Assembly (NCBI GenBank): GCA_046582655.1
Contig: JAYGDX010000346.1
Span: 1 to 64,000 of the forward strand
Source of the DNA: Candidatus Poribacteria bacterium
GTDB lineage: Bacteria > Poribacteria > WGA-4E > UBA9662
Reading direction: 5' to 3'
Length of the DNA: 64,000 nucleotides
The notes under the pieces are model-generated. The model was not told the origin of the DNA and did not search any database. It saw only the letters and a list, made by a program, of their open reading frames with translations. Position numbers and translations under genes: made by a program. Below are positions 22,276 to 31,855 of the stretch, in pieces. The first letter of the stretch is position 1. Each line of letters begins with the position of its first letter.

Positions 22276-23292
22276 CTAAATTGGATTTTTCATACCTGAT
22301 TCCTGCATTAATCCCATCTTAATATTAATTTCGGTTGAACTCCAAACCAAAAAACCGTCTAGCAGCACACGTAAAGTGTATGTTGCAAAAATGGATTCAT
22401 TAAATAACAGAATTTCTACAACCTGATCCCAGATGCTGTTCGCAGTATAAAATAAGCACAAAATAATCGTTACTCTAACTATTCTTTTGAATATACCCCC
22501 TGAATCATCAGGTGTGCTTTTTAACCAAATCAAGAAAAAACCTAGGTTTAAACCTAGAAGATTGGCAGTGTATTGATAGTTAACTTTAAATGTCAGTATC
22601 AACAACAGGGGAAGAATGAAGGAATGTAGTATAAATATTTTTGTTTTTAAATTAAGCTCTATTTTCTCATCCGATCTGAAAACAAAATTCTTAAGGGATT
22701 CGTTGTAGAAGACATAACGCCAAAATATGTATAAAGAAAAAGACCCCACTAAGTATCCTCCCAATATGTCTGCTAAAAAGTGTCGACCTAAATACATTCG
22801 TGATAGAGGAATTAAGAGGATTAGCAATGCGCAAAATATTGTCAACCGAGAGTTTTTAAGAAATAATAAAATCCCCCCCCACAAAACCACTGCGTTACTT
22901 GTGTGTCCGGATGGAAATCCATAGCTATCGAAACGGTTAGTTCGTAAATATTGAATACTTTCTTTGGGAAGTAACCCAAAAAAGCTTTCTGCCCCCATTC
23001 CTTTTAGGAATGTAGGATTAAGGTAATCTTTGCCTAAAAGCTGTACTGCAGAATCTACATTAGCGGGTCTCGGTAGTGCAAAAATTTCCTTCAATAAGTT
23101 CGTTGAAATTCCGTTCCATATGGCCAAGTAAAGTAATATAAATCCGATTCTGTAATTAATTCCAACAATAATTATGATAAAAAAAGGATAGATGAAATCA
23201 CTGTAGCCAAGGCTGGTAACCAATTGGAAAAAGGTATTGAGATAATCGTTAGAGTAAGACTGAAGAAGAATGATTATTTCAGTTTGGAACAT
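22276..23292 (-). CDS. PAP2-family membrane phosphatase
   Basis: K.IFALPRP, GFPSGH, SRMYLGRHF..D. Confidence 0.9.
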   Translation of the reverse strand: MFQTEIIILLQSYSNDYLNTFFQLVTSLGYSDFIYPFFIIIIVGINYRIGFILLYLAIWNGISTNLLKEIFALPRPANVDSAVQLLGKDYLNPTFLKGMGAESFFGLLPKESIQYLRTNRFDSYGFPSGHTSNAVVLWGGILLFLKNSRLTIFCALLILLIPLSRMYLGRHFLADILGGYLVGSFSLYIFWRYVFYNESLKNFVFRSDEKIELNLKTKIFILHSFILPLLLILTFKVNYQYTANLLGLNLGFFLIWLKSTPDDSGGIFKRIVRVTIILCLFYTANSIWDQVVEILLFNESIFATYTLRVLLDGFLVWSSTEINIKMGLMQESGMKNPI

Positions 23293-23372
23293 TATGATGT
23301 TATTCAGTGGTCAGGTTCATGTAGCATTTTGCCAGGTAAGCTGAAGTATTATTTGTTGTAACGTATGCATGA

Positions 23373-24389
23373 TCAGAAAATTTTGGTTATTTCGTCGGTT
23401 TCAAAGATTGGCAATGGTTGACGCTGTCCATCTTTTTTTTGCAACCAAACACCGGCTGTAGGATTGAGCAGCCGGCCAATAATGGTGGATGGGATATTCT
23501 GTTCCGCCAGAGATAAAAGTATTCGGTTACTTTTATCAGGATCTGACGCAATTAACAAGGCACCAGATGAAATGACACCGAGTGGATCAATACCAAATTC
23601 TTGACAAAGATACTCGGTCATTTCCGATATAAGTAATTTCTCTTCCCAAATAATGGCACCAACATCAGCGGCGTGTGCTAACTCGTGAATAGCAGTGGAG
23701 ACGCCTCCTTCTGTTGGGTCGTGCATAGCATGCACTCCTCCAGTATTTATGGCGATGCGTGCTTCCTCCAGCACTGAAATACCAGGATCCGTTAAGTATT
23801 TTTTTGCCCGATTGACCCAGTCAGAAGAAAAGTTTTCCAGCAAATCAGACTCACGTTCACGAGCAATAATTGAAGTTGCTTCAATACCCAATCCTTTAGT
23901 CAGAATCAGGTCATCTCCTTCTTGAGCCGATGAGGAAGTTATAAGTTTGTCTTTGGCTACTTCCCCCAACATCTGTCCAACCACAATAGGTCGGTCCAAG
24001 CCGTAAGTCACTTCAGTGTGCCCACCACACAATGAAATGTTGAAGTGCTGGCAAGCGTTGGTGATTTGATCCATAATATCACCAACGAGTTTTTCAGTAG
24101 TTTTGTTTTCGGGAAGGAGAATTGTTACCAGTAGCCATTTCGGTGTTGCTCCCATTGTTGCCAGATCATTGCTGTTAACACAAACTAAATACCAACCTAT
24201 TTCATCGGTAGCGAAAGTGATAGGATCTGTTTTAATAACAAGATAAGTTGAACCGAAATCAATAACCGTGGCGTCTTCGCCCACTTTGGGACCAACAATC
24301 ACAGTGGTATCAAGGTGTGACGATTTAGGAAGAATCTGCTCTAATAACCCGATCTTGAGCTTTCCTATAGGGAGTAGTAAATCGTTCAT
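23373..24389 (-). CDS. AIR-synthase-related (PurM/HypE/ThiL fold) protein
   Basis: GKL...GP.VGEDA, KTDPITF, NSNDLATMGATP, CGGHTEVT, AMHDPTEGG. Confidence 0.85.
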   Translation of the reverse strand: MNDLLLPIGKLKIGLLEQILPKSSHLDTTVIVGPKVGEDATVIDFGSTYLVIKTDPITFATDEIGWYLVCVNSNDLATMGATPKWLLVTILLPENKTTEKLVGDIMDQITNACQHFNISLCGGHTEVTYGLDRPIVVGQMLGEVAKDKLITSSSAQEGDDLILTKGLGIEATSIIARERESDLLENFSSDWVNRAKKYLTDPGISVLEEARIAINTGGVHAMHDPTEGGVSTAIHELAHAADVGAIIWEEKLLISEMTEYLCQEFGIDPLGVISSGALLIASDPDKSNRILLSLAEQNIPSTIIGRLLNPTAGVWLQKKDGQRQPLPIFETDEITKIF

Positions 24390-24655
24390 TGCAAAAAAAA
24401 CTTCCTAAATTAGGTTGACGTGACACTTGCCAAATTCGGTGATTTAGGTGTATACGTTAAACGGTATGGTAGTTGGGATTATAATGCGAGGCTAGTGCGA
24501 TGATATTATGGTAGACGATCTGATTCTTCTATAATCTTCTGTAGAAATCGGTAATCGTAATATGAAAGGTTCGCACCGAAGATGATTCGTTATTTAATGA
24601 CAATCAACGTAAAGTTTCATATCTGTCTCCTTTTAACAACTTAGATTTCTCAAGC

Positions 24656-25477
24656 TTACACCTGAGGAGTTCTTGGGATTTGTGTCTGCGGCCATACGAT
24701 CTGACGACGTTCCGGTGTTAACCTGCCCAGAAGTTCAGGCGAAGGCTGATACCCATGCCGAAAGTTACCCCAGGATGGTCCGTACCGGTAAACTACAGTA
24801 CGACGCTCACCATCATTGACCCTATTGGCTGAACCGTGAGTACAGCAATCAACAAAAAGAAGGGCATCACCAGCACGCATGTGTATTTCGGTAGATCCTG
24901 TCATCTGGGATGGACAGTCCCCTCTTGCCCCCATTCTAAATTGATTAAAATCAGGATTATCAAAATTACTTTTGTGACTGCCGGGAACAATTACTGTTCC
25001 CCCATCACCTGGCCCGATTTTTGTTAAGGCAATCAAAATGTTAATCTGATTACAGTGAAATTTACCATTAAGATAACGAAACTGGCATCGACTGATTCCG
25101 AGTTTCCCGCCGTTATGTAAACCAATACCTTCTCCGGATTTACGAAAGTTGATCAAATTTTCATCAATAAACATTGGCCCATGCTTTTCATCAAACGAAC
25201 CTTCGCCACCGATAAAGAATCTAACCCTATCAAACCATGAGGGGTGATCAATCAGTTTTTCAAAAGGCTCTCCCGCTTCGTAAATCTGCTGATAGTTTAA
25301 CCCATCGTTGTCACCATAGGTATGACCATGAATGTAACCGTGCCACTGGTTAGGATTTAAGGGTGGAATTTCATCCGCACAGGCATTGAGTTCAGCCACC
25401 TCTTGTTGAGTTAACGCCCCTTCCAAATGCAGGTAACCTTGTAGATCAAACATGTAGATATCCATGTCAATAATCAT
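24656..25477 (-). CDS. PhyH-family Fe(II)/2OG enzyme with an atypical HxG motif
   Basis: FDLQGYL, LHNGG in place of HxD, GGTVIVPGSHK, AGDALLFVDCCTHGS...RR. Confidence 0.85.
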   Translation of the reverse strand: MIIDMDIYMFDLQGYLHLEGALTQQEVAELNACADEIPPLNPNQWHGYIHGHTYGDNDGLNYQQIYEAGEPFEKLIDHPSWFDRVRFFIGGEGSFDEKHGPMFIDENLINFRKSGEGIGLHNGGKLGISRCQFRYLNGKFHCNQINILIALTKIGPGDGGTVIVPGSHKSNFDNPDFNQFRMGARGDCPSQMTGSTEIHMRAGDALLFVDCCTHGSANRVNDGERRTVVYRYGPSWGNFRHGYQPSPELLGRLTPERRQIVWPQTQIPRTPQV

Positions 25478-25501
25478 ATATTCCCCTTCGTAATTTCTCC
25501 T

Positions 25502-26899
25502 TTATTGATTAATAAGGTCGATAGTTTCCCCACCTTCACTTTGCCAATTGGTTAGTTGCTGAATGGGTATTCGACGTAATCCGATTGACGGCGGAATATT
25601 TCCTGATGCCGTATAGAAAATGTATCCAATTTTGTCCTTGATAACCATCCTTGGCCAACCAACCCAATTTTGATCAAATTGTCCTTCTGTACCAAGGCCT
25701 GGAAGGGCTGGATTTCTCGGATAATAATCCCATTCAACTAGGTCATCTGAACGGGCCAGTCCGACTGTATCCCACCAATAGGAACCGGAGTATCCTGGTG
25801 GCGTCCAGTGGTTACATCCTTCGTACCATAGATACCATGTATCATCAATACGGTTTAATGATCGGGGTCGGATATGGACCGCGTCCCAGTTGTTCAAGGT
25901 TTCAGGGTGAACGACAGGATTATGTTTGTCAGGTTCCCAATTAATCAGGTCGCTGCTGTAAAGTAAATATCCTCGATCTCCCGACGGTCCGCGAGCAGGA
26001 TCAGGGGTAAAACCAGCAAAGAATAGCAAGTATCGATGATTAGCAGCATCAATGCTTACCAAATCAAATTCGTGGGCATGGCTAACGTGCTTATAGACTG
26101 GGTTGTTTTCATAATGATCAAAGGGACCTAGAGGCTGGTCTGCTGTTGCCAGCCCGAAACCAGTCCAATCAGGAAATTTTTGTGCTGCGTACATAATGGC
26201 AACCTTACCTTCAGGAGTGAGAACCGCTCCTCCAGGATATATATTATCGTGAGGGTAATTCGCGTCTCCCAACTTAATAATCGGTTCTGGATGAACTTCC
26301 CAGTTGATTAGATCTTGGCTGACAGCAACTCCAACGGATCGCCTGGAAGAACCTTCCTGCTTCCCTTTCATTCCAGCCATGAAGTACATGAAATATTTGT
26401 CCTCAAACTGAAGGATTGCTCCAGGGATAGCCTGTTGCTCATAGAAACCATCATTTGGTCCGTGTCGTATAACCGGTTGATTGTGTGCCTCTAACCAAGG
26501 CAAGGTCGTAACATTAAAATATTGGATGCTTGTTGTCTCTGGAACTTCTAGACCGATAAAGGATTCCCAAGGTTCATGATAATTTTCCCATTCGCCAAGT
26601 GGACCACGAATGGCTCCGGTTGCTTGATTAACCCAAAACCGGAAGTAGTTACCTTTTCTGATTATTTTGATTGTCCAAGGAAAATTACCGTCAAAACTGT
26701 ATTCTTTCCAGATTGAAATTTGTTTGTCGATTTGTCGGGCAATGATAAACTTATTTTCTTGAACCTCGATATAAGCAAACCGAGACAAATCCTGATTGGC
26801 GGAAAATAATACCTTATGATAGCAACTTGAAATCGAAGATTGAATTTTCAAATTGATTTCATAGTTGCCGAGAATTTTTTGCTTTTTGATTAGGTTCAT
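25502..26899 (-). CDS. Five-bladed beta-propeller glycoside-hydrolase-like protein
   Basis: Repeated blades VGVAVSQDLINWEVHPEP, ATAD.PLGPF...NNPV, SSDLINWE...NPV, ARSDDLVEW...NP. Family (GH32/43/130-like) not resolvable by eye. Confidence 0.7.
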   Translation of the reverse strand: MNLIKKQKILGNYEINLKIQSSISSCYHKVLFSANQDLSRFAYIEVQENKFIIARQIDKQISIWKEYSFDGNFPWTIKIIRKGNYFRFWVNQATGAIRGPLGEWENYHEPWESFIGLEVPETTSIQYFNVTTLPWLEAHNQPVIRHGPNDGFYEQQAIPGAILQFEDKYFMYFMAGMKGKQEGSSRRSVGVAVSQDLINWEVHPEPIIKLGDANYPHDNIYPGGAVLTPEGKVAIMYAAQKFPDWTGFGLATADQPLGPFDHYENNPVYKHVSHAHEFDLVSIDAANHRYLLFFAGFTPDPARGPSGDRGYLLYSSDLINWEPDKHNPVVHPETLNNWDAVHIRPRSLNRIDDTWYLWYEGCNHWTPPGYSGSYWWDTVGLARSDDLVEWDYYPRNPALPGLGTEGQFDQNWVGWPRMVIKDKIGYIFYTASGNIPPSIGLRRIPIQQLTNWQSEGGETIDLINQ

Positions 26900-27040
26900 G
26901 CGATTAATTCATCCGTTTCCGTACTTTTGGTAAAAACAGAAAACTAGTTTTGACCGCCAATAAGAACGTAAACGTAAAAAAATTAGGTTTCCATTGTTGG
27001 TTTATTTTGGGAATATTGGCTTCCAGCTCCTGAGGATGTT

Positions 27041-27892
27041 TCAGTAATCTACCGGAATCTTTCCGTGAGTACCGGCACGATGTTTTCGTACCAGCAAACA
27101 ATCCGGCTGATCGGCGGGCAGGTCTTTGTCGGGTCTTAGATCAATGTAGAAGGAAGGATTCGGCGCTTCGCCACGCACTAGGAAAAATGGGATGGGCCAT
27201 TTCTCTGGTGTGAACCGTGTAGTGTTAGCATCCGCATAACGTATGGTGTATATCTTACGAAAATCTTGGCTACGATTTGAATCGCTTCCATGAATTACAT
27301 AGGCATTGTGTAGAGAAAATTCACCTGGCTGAAGTTCTATATCAACGGCGGTATCAGCTAGGTCTTTATCAACCTCGACTTCAAGGGTGGTAATTGTGCT
27401 GCCATCGTCCTCTTTTACATTAACATCAAGAAGTGTTGGCTGATTAGTTCCAGGCAAGACACGCATACACCCATTTTGACGATCCGTTTTATTAAAAGCT
27501 AGCCATACCGTGCAAAGACGGTCTCCTTCCACACCATGCAACCAGTACCACTGGTCCTGATGCCAGCCGATTTCCATTTTATCCTCAATCCCTTTGATGA
27601 TGAAGTGACTGAGGATAAGAATTAAATCAGATCCCAGTACAGACTCTACCGCATCCAGGATTGTGGGATGACGAGCTAAGTTTAGCCAAGTTCTCCAATG
27701 TTGGCTGCCAACATGTGGCTCAAACATGAACTGGGGTTTCTCGCCTGGTCTTAAACAATCTAACATGCCGTCCAATGTTTGTTGATGCAATTTCATTTCC
27801 TCACCGGTAAATTGTTGGCGAAAGACACAATAGCCTTCCTGGGCATACTTTAATGGATCTGTATTTGGGAGTAACTTTCTAGGTGTTAGCAT
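27041..27892 (-). CDS. PhyH-family Fe(II)/2OG dioxygenase
   Basis: YAQEGY, IGWHQDQWYW, TVWLAF...NGCMRVLPG, SLHNAYVIHGS..N.S..FR. ATG at 27892 is preferred over the AT-rich ORF extension to 28075. Confidence 0.88.
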   Translation of the reverse strand: MLTPRKLLPNTDPLKYAQEGYCVFRQQFTGEEMKLHQQTLDGMLDCLRPGEKPQFMFEPHVGSQHWRTWLNLARHPTILDAVESVLGSDLILILSHFIIKGIEDKMEIGWHQDQWYWLHGVEGDRLCTVWLAFNKTDRQNGCMRVLPGTNQPTLLDVNVKEDDGSTITTLEVEVDKDLADTAVDIELQPGEFSLHNAYVIHGSDSNRSQDFRKIYTIRYADANTTRFTPEKWPIPFFLVRGEAPNPSFYIDLRPDKDLPADQPDCLLVRKHRAGTHGKIPVDY

Positions 27893-28183
27893 TCTTGAAC
27901 TCGCATTTATTAACAATGGGCAGTATATGTAAACGAGTAAAATTAAGCAATAAAAAAAGTTGTTTTTATTAAAAATTAAGATTGTCATAGATCCATCATT
28001 ATTCTCTTGCAAATCTTCACTGGATGCACAAACTAGAAGCAAGATATTTACCGTTTTTCTGCTTGATTTATCCATATGACATATTTAATATTATTATGTG
28101 GTGTGTTTTCTCCTTGCCGTAAGAATTATAAATAGAGTGTAAGGGATTCATCAAAGCATGAACTTGAAGTGGGATAGAAGCCT

Positions 28184-29074
28184 TTGGCAAAATCTTCAGA
28201 AAATCGAACCCAATCCCTGAATCAGGAACAGATTAAATCCTTTCAAGATAAAGGGTATTTGGTTATTGATCGAATAATAGATTCATCTGATTTCGATTTG
28301 TTGATCAGTGTTATTTCAGATGTTGTTGACCAGCAGGCCAAGCACTTTTATGAAGAGGGACGGATCTCTAATTTGTGCCGGGAATCCGAATTCGACACAC
28401 GTTGGTATGAGATTCTGAAGCAGTTTAGTGGACAAAACGAGGTCTATGGCTGGCACACGACTGTCTGCGGAAAGCCTTTATTTGATTTGATCACTCATGA
28501 TGCTGTGTTAGATGTTGTTGGGTCCTTGACCAATGATGAGATTCAATTCAACGGTGACTTTTGGGTGCGTCCGAAACTCCCATCTGAAAAGCTGACGACT
28601 CTCCCTTGGCATCAGGATAGCGCCTACATGCCGAATACTGAACATCACACGCATCTGTCCGTTTGGATGCCACTGGTCGATGTTGACCATGAGAATGGTA
28701 CCCTTCAGTTTTTACCAGGAAGTCACAAAAGGGGGTTAAGGCCGCATCATCGTATTGAAGGAGAAGCTTTCAAAAGCCCGACTCGGGATCCAATAGTAGG
28801 AGATGCTGAGGTTGAGACCTTGGAAATGAAGGTTGGAGATCTGGTCATCTTTAACAACCTTGTTTTTCATCGCTCACTGATGAATCAGACCCAATCAATT
28901 CGTTGGTCGGTTGACTTTCGGTTCAGTCAAAGGGGTACCCCTTTGACTGGATTATGGCACCAGCATATCGCCTGCATCGTCCGAAGCAGGCATTCTCCGA
29001 AGACTGTTGCCAGTTGGAGTGATTGGCAGGCACTGTGGGAATCAAGTCCTCACAAAGCTAACTTCTTGTGGTAA
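28184..29074 (+). CDS. PhyH-family Fe(II)/2OG dioxygenase
   Basis: FQDKGYL, LPWHQDSAY, NGTLQFLPGSH, FHRSLMN...RWSVDFRF. Confidence 0.9.
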   Translation: MAKSSENRTQSLNQEQIKSFQDKGYLVIDRIIDSSDFDLLISVISDVVDQQAKHFYEEGRISNLCRESEFDTRWYEILKQFSGQNEVYGWHTTVCGKPLFDLITHDAVLDVVGSLTNDEIQFNGDFWVRPKLPSEKLTTLPWHQDSAYMPNTEHHTHLSVWMPLVDVDHENGTLQFLPGSHKRGLRPHHRIEGEAFKSPTRDPIVGDAEVETLEMKVGDLVIFNNLVFHRSLMNQTQSIRWSVDFRFSQRGTPLTGLWHQHIACIVRSRHSPKTVASWSDWQALWESSPHKANFLW

Positions 29075-29260
29075 GTGATGGGCCCCTGTTTTATTGACTG
29101 CCACCAGTTAAGAATCATGATTGTTAATAAAGCGATAATTTGTGATCAATTTTAGTTTGTTTAGGTGCAATATACAAAACTCTTTTGATACATGGTATCT
29201 TAATATTTCAGGATATTAATCTTATCTATTAATAAATCATAAATTGGAAGAATAAATTCG

Positions 29261-30017
29261 ATGAAAATTTTGGTATTTGGTTTGTTAGTGTTTTGCAATT
29301 TAACGAAAGCTTTTGATGAATCTTTAGTGCTGTACTTTTCCTTTGATGAGGGGCAGGGAAACAATGCCAAAGATGGATCTCTAGCCAAAAACCATAAATA
29401 TATTGGGAAAACAAAATAGGTGGACGGAAAGCTAGGTAAAGCTGTGAGCTATGATGCTTCTGGTTCCTTCGAAATTCAACACCACAATAGTTTGAATGCG
29501 CTTATAAGGAAAAGGACACACAGTTAGTTACTGGCTTAACTGGGATGGTCAAGGGGCTAGTTGGTCGCCATTCCTCTCCAAAACAATTGGAGAGGAATGA
29601 TAACTTCCACACTTGGGTTGGAAGTGATAGTGTATGGGACTACGAAAACAAACCGAGTGGTCAAACACATGCGGTTACAAAAATCCCGTTAGATGGGGAT
29701 TGGATTCATCTGACAGTGACACATGACGGAAAAGAAACCGTTTCCTTTTACATCAATGGCAAACTTGAAAAGTCCACGAATCAACAGCAAAGGGAAATGA
29801 TATTAATGTTCTTGTGGGTGATGATGGAAAAGGAAACAAAGGTGCTGGAATTCTGGATGAACTATCGATTTTCAATCGTGCACTGACAGCTGCAGAAGCA
29901 AAAACTATTTATGAAGACGGTGTAGAACCTTTCCTAGCTATAGCACCTGAGGATAAGTTAACCGCAACTTGGGGGTGTATCAAACGTGAGGCAACAAGAG
30001 AAATTCTCGTCAATTAG
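29261..30017 (+). pseudogene. Decayed secreted LamG protein with KLxxxWGxIK tail
   Basis: MKILVFGLLVFCNLTKAFDESLVLYFSFDEGQG...K*VDGKLGKA (Trp to TAG), frameshifts, WIHLTVTHDG...FYINGK, GILDELSIFNRALT...DKLTATWGCIK. Confidence 0.85.
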
Positions 30018-30244
30018 TTTTCATTTGAGAACTAATACATACCCTGTTACCTATCTGAAAGCTGAACTGTACTCTACTTCAATTTCAATATCAGCATCTT
30101 GCGAAATTTCTACTGGCCATAGGTTCACCTGTATCCGTCTTATCATCGCAGTGGATGGATTTTGATTGATGAACCTAGCTTCCTGCTTGCAGTAAAGGGG
30201 GTTGTCTGTCTAATGCGATCACTTGTCAGAATGGCAGCATCACT

Positions 30245-30664
30245 TTACCGCTGACGAACCACATCGATCTCCAATTGATCAGAAAATTCGAGCATCTTCT
30301 TCCGCATCTGACGCATTGCCCATTCCAATTTTTCCCAATCAATTCTCACTTCTTGAATGTTTTTATCCTGATTTGTTCCTAGACAAAATGGTAGATTTTT
30401 TTGTAATTCAAAAGCTGATCGCTCAATATGTTCTTGGCAAGTACCTTCTGCGTAATACCATCTGAGTCCTTTGGTCTGCTGTAGATTGATGTGACAGTGC
30501 CCTTGATCGCTGCCAAAACAATCAAAACGAAACACTTCATCATCAAAAACATATAAGGATGACGCTGGACCACGACCACCTGCATCATCTCGCCAATAAA
30601 CCTCCAGTCTAACGTTATCTTGTATCGGGTATTCGACTAAATCTTTCTTTCTTTGGGAATTCAT
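30245..30664 (-). CDS. Hypothetical protein
   Basis: 139 aa, GGAGGAG RBS, EVFRFDCF...GHCH. Confidence 0.7.
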   Translation of the reverse strand: MNSQRKKDLVEYPIQDNVRLEVYWRDDAGGRGPASSLYVFDDEVFRFDCFGSDQGHCHINLQQTKGLRWYYAEGTCQEHIERSAFELQKNLPFCLGTNQDKNIQEVRIDWEKLEWAMRQMRKKMLEFSDQLEIDVVRQR

Positions 30665-31174
30665 CTTTGGTCTCCTCCCGTTGTGAAGCTGTTAAAATAG
30701 TTATTATAATATAATGAGCTAGATGTACTGTCAAGACTGTGGTTGAGAATGAGAATTGAACACACCGGTTCGTACCAGCATATCTGGTCTCACCTGTGCA
30801 GCGCTGGAGTGTTTTATTGCTCCTTATAACGACTACGTGATCCGAAACGCGAAACGTGATGAATTTTGGGTTCACCTCTTTTCAGGGGCTTAGAAGTCAT
30901 CCTTAGTTAAATCGTATGTCTCCTGCAATTCCTTATTCGTCATTAATGTTCTTGCCTCCACTTAGCCTTTTCCTGCTTAGTTCCATGATCTTATCCACTA
31001 ATAGTTAAAGGTTCACAATTGGAATTTCTTATAGCTTCACATATAATAACGGTTAAAAATTGTATTCATCTTATAATCAGGTAGGATATAGTGTCAAGTA
31101 TGCGCAGGATGGGATGGAGTAACAATCCAAACTGGATGGAACCAATTAATTGCAGCTGACAGGAGGAATTGAGA

Positions 31175-31807
31175 ATGCTTTTTGACCTTAGGAACGGACC
31201 AGTATTGCTAGCGTCTTGGTTGTGGGGATCGTGATATCCCAAGTGCGATATCCAGTAGAAGACTTTTCTAATGATCAGGTATATCCGGTATTAATTCATT
31301 GGTGTTGATATACTGGAGACAGTCTATCCTAGCCGATCTGTTGAAGCTGATGGCAGAGAAGCTTCATCCTTCACTAAGAACTTACGGCTAGGAGAATCAG
31401 TATACTTGCGGTTTGATACGGAAAATCAGGATAGATATGGAAGGTTACTGGCTTACCTGTATCGGGCACCGGACGGTTTATTCGTCAACTTGGAGGTTGT
31501 CAGGCAAGGGTACGGCCACGCTTATACGCGGTTCCCCTTCAAACATATGGAACTGTTTAGGAATTATGAGAACCAAGCCAGAATAGCAGGTAAGGGATTA
31601 TGGGGAGATGCAGTTCGTATTGTTAATCCACAAGTTGATGAAAGGTCAGGCAGCACCAGACAGATTGAAACAATTGTTTACGTGACTCGTACTAGCAAGA
31701 AATATCATCGTGATGGTTGACGATACCTGAAAAGCTGGAGATCAATTAAGCTGGCTGATGCGGGGAGATTGTATCAGGCATGTCGGGTATGTAAACCGCC
31801 ACAGTAA
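31175..31807 (+). pseudogene. Thermonuclease (SNase-like) with a C-terminal Ada-like metal-binding tail, decayed
   Basis: FIGVD..ETV...GREASSFTK...DRYGRLLAYLY...VNLEVVRQGYG...AR..GKGLW, then VYVTRT.KKYHRDG*RYL...CRVCKP. The catalytic DGDT segment is missing and the 5' end is frameshifted. Confidence 0.8.
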
Positions 31808-31855
31808 ATTCATTAATCACATATTTCTAGCAATAGAGTCCTAATGGAATGAGAG

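Noticed and set aside
23373..24389. Calling this gene hypE, thiL or selD
   Set aside because: It shows only the shared PurM-like fold. There is no hydrogenase context, no HypE C-terminal PRIC, and no SelD Cys/Sec-x-x-Lys motif.
31718..31720. In-frame TGA at a conserved Cys position (YHRDG*RYL) as possible selenocysteine
   Set aside because: There is no convincing SECIS hairpin downstream, and the gene is already broken upstream (frameshift, DGDT missing). A TGY-to-TGA nonsense change is simpler.
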